Part shown: in pieces, positions 62,468-64,000 of the stretch
How positions within the stretch are numbered: the first letter of the stretch is position 1
Layout of the letters: every line of letters begins with the position of its first letter
From: Klebsormidium nitens
Taxonomy: Eukaryota; Plantae; Klebsormidiophyceae
Reading direction: 5' to 3'
DNA length: 64,000 nt
Assembly: GCA_000708835.1 (NCBI GenBank)
Contig: DF236964.1
Location: forward strand, 186,001-250,000
Position numbers and translations under genes: made by a program
Notes under the pieces: generated by a model
What the model saw: the letters and a program-made list of their open reading frames with translations, nothing else
Told to the model about the DNA's origin: nothing
Databases searched by the model: none

Positions 62468-63204
62468 ATGTCCGCCGCAGCTTGTGCCCTGCAAGCGCCC
62501 TGCTGCGGGGCGCCACATGCAGCATCCTCACTGAGCGCATCTTCTATTTCCTCATTGCCATCATTTGCCTCACCCCCGTACAGCCATTCTCTATGTCCAA
62601 GTGCTGGTGCTTCAGCATGCCGGCTCGCATCACCGCTCACATCAGCATTCGGTAGCATTCACCACGATCGGGTCCCTCGCCACTATTTATCGCATGGCCC
62701 TGCCAGGGCAGGACGCAGCACAGCAGTCCACGCCCTGCATGAGCTCCCAATCAGGCGCTGCCAGCTGGCGTCAGAGTTTTGGGGAGGCAGCCTCAGCAGG
62801 CGGAATGCATTCGCGCCAGCTCCAATGGCAGGGCGGCGGAGGCAGCGGGGAACCAGCATTCAGGCGGCTAAGAAGAAGGTGGTGAAGCGGGTCAGGAAGG
62901 TTGTGGAGGTCCAGGAGGTCCGTGGCGCTTCACTTGTCTCTGCTTTTCTATCCTCTTAGCTCCTCCTTATTCTTTGGGATTGTGCATGGTGGAAGTCTAC
63001 CTGGCGTAGTGATGCTGGTAATGGTGGCATTGTAATGAGGGTTGGTGGCCGCACGTTGATCATCAAGCCCGGAATTGAGCAACATTTCGGTGCAACGCCA
63101 GCGGATGAGAGGAGCTTCAGGCAGGCTCCTTGGCTAGCTGCCGCCAGCTGTAATTGCGGCAGTTTCCGTCAGGAGAACGAGACCGCTTATTTGGAAGTAT
63201 GCTG
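62468..63204 (+). CDS. 5' part of a probable plastid-targeted protein of unknown function (incomplete)
   Basis: ATG 62468 opens a long Ser/Ala/Arg-rich, acid-poor transit-peptide-like region ending ..IQAAKKKVVKRVRKVVEVQE (donor near 62920). A possible micro-exon ENETAYLE lies at ~63172-63204, between AG and GTATG. Downstream exons are unresolved. Confidence 0.5.
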
Positions 63205-63338
63205 GAATCTCTTAATCCTGATGAGCTTCTCGCGCTTTTCATTTTTGTGCTGCACCGTGTACTGAAGTTGCTTTCTGGTCAAATGGTTCCGGCACAAGCA
63301 AGTGTCATGACTGGCATCGGACAGTACGAGGAGACACA

Positions 63339-63586
63339 CGTGCAGCTCCAGGGTGCCATCTCCTTCGTAATGAGCATCAAAGGCTGAACTCATTTGTAAG
63401 AAGGGCAAATTACAATGAAATGTGGAGACATCCAGCATGGTGAATACTGAGGGATGGTCCAGCGTGCAGCTCCAGGGTGCCATCTCCTTCGTAATGAGTA
63501 TCAAAAGCCGAACTCATTCGTAAGAAGGGCAAATTACGAAATATTGCGGAGACATCCAGCATGGTGAATACAGAGGGATGGTCCAG
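63339..63586 (+). repeat. 124 bp tandem duplication containing candidate acceptor and donor
   Basis: cgtgcagctccagggtgccatctccttcgtaatgag..ctcatt(t/c)gtaagaagggcaaattac..gggatggtccag occurs twice, at 63339 and 63463. Confidence 0.9.
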
Positions 63587-64000
63587 CCAACTTGAAGCAG
63601 ACAGCCACTTGACTGCAATTGTTCTGTGATAGCCTGCTCTTTTTCCAAGCAAAGTTCCAGGAGTCTAAGAACCCAGCTTAGAGATTACGAGCGATGCAGT
63701 CAGCTCGTGTGGATGCCAAATGATGTGCACCACCTTCAAGGTGCCACTGGACCAGAATGCTGCAGTTTGCGAAATCTCATGCCCAACTATGTCAAGGCCC
63801 GACAGGGGCAATCTGTGGGCTTTGCTGGTCGCTCCTCAATGAGGCCAAAATCTGTTACTTTGAGTATTCATTTCATCTGTGATCAGTGTTCGATTCATCA
63901 GTGGTCAGCGGAAGCGGAGTGCCAAAAGTGCACACAAACATATGTTGGACTCTTCGCTAGACTCTTACTTGCCATCTAACACTCGTTCCGATCTCGCATC

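Overview
Intron-rich eukaryotic nuclear DNA from a streptophyte green alga. Klebsormidium-like is my inference from GT-AG introns, the plant-specific SDH6 subunit, plant-type LRRs and TTTAGGG-like tracts; it is not database-verified. I reconstructed these genes by hand: a secreted histidine acid phosphatase (-), an RluA-family pseudouridine synthase (+), SDH6 (-), mitochondrial EF-Ts (+), two tail-to-tail paralogous GT4 glycosyltransferases with an extra C-terminal domain, an intronless LRR protein between them carrying a multipass XK-like membrane module, a tesmin/TSO1-like CRC-domain protein (-), PSMD5/S5b (-), and the 5' part of a probable plastid-targeted protein (+). There is also a TA-flanked MITE. 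No rRNA, tRNA or CRISPR was seen. Three signals stand out. (1) 'Exon-echo' arrays: degenerate tandem copies of splice site plus exon end, stacked into the flanking introns at about 10 junctions in 6 genes, often spaced 150-180 bp. (2) An LRR-ectodomain / XK-scramblase-like fusion with no kinase domain. (3) A pair of bacterial-type GT4 enzymes refitted with a type II signal anchor and an unrecognised ~350 aa C-terminal domain. Exon coordinates were read by eye and checked for frame phase where stated; family assignments come from motif recall, not from searches.
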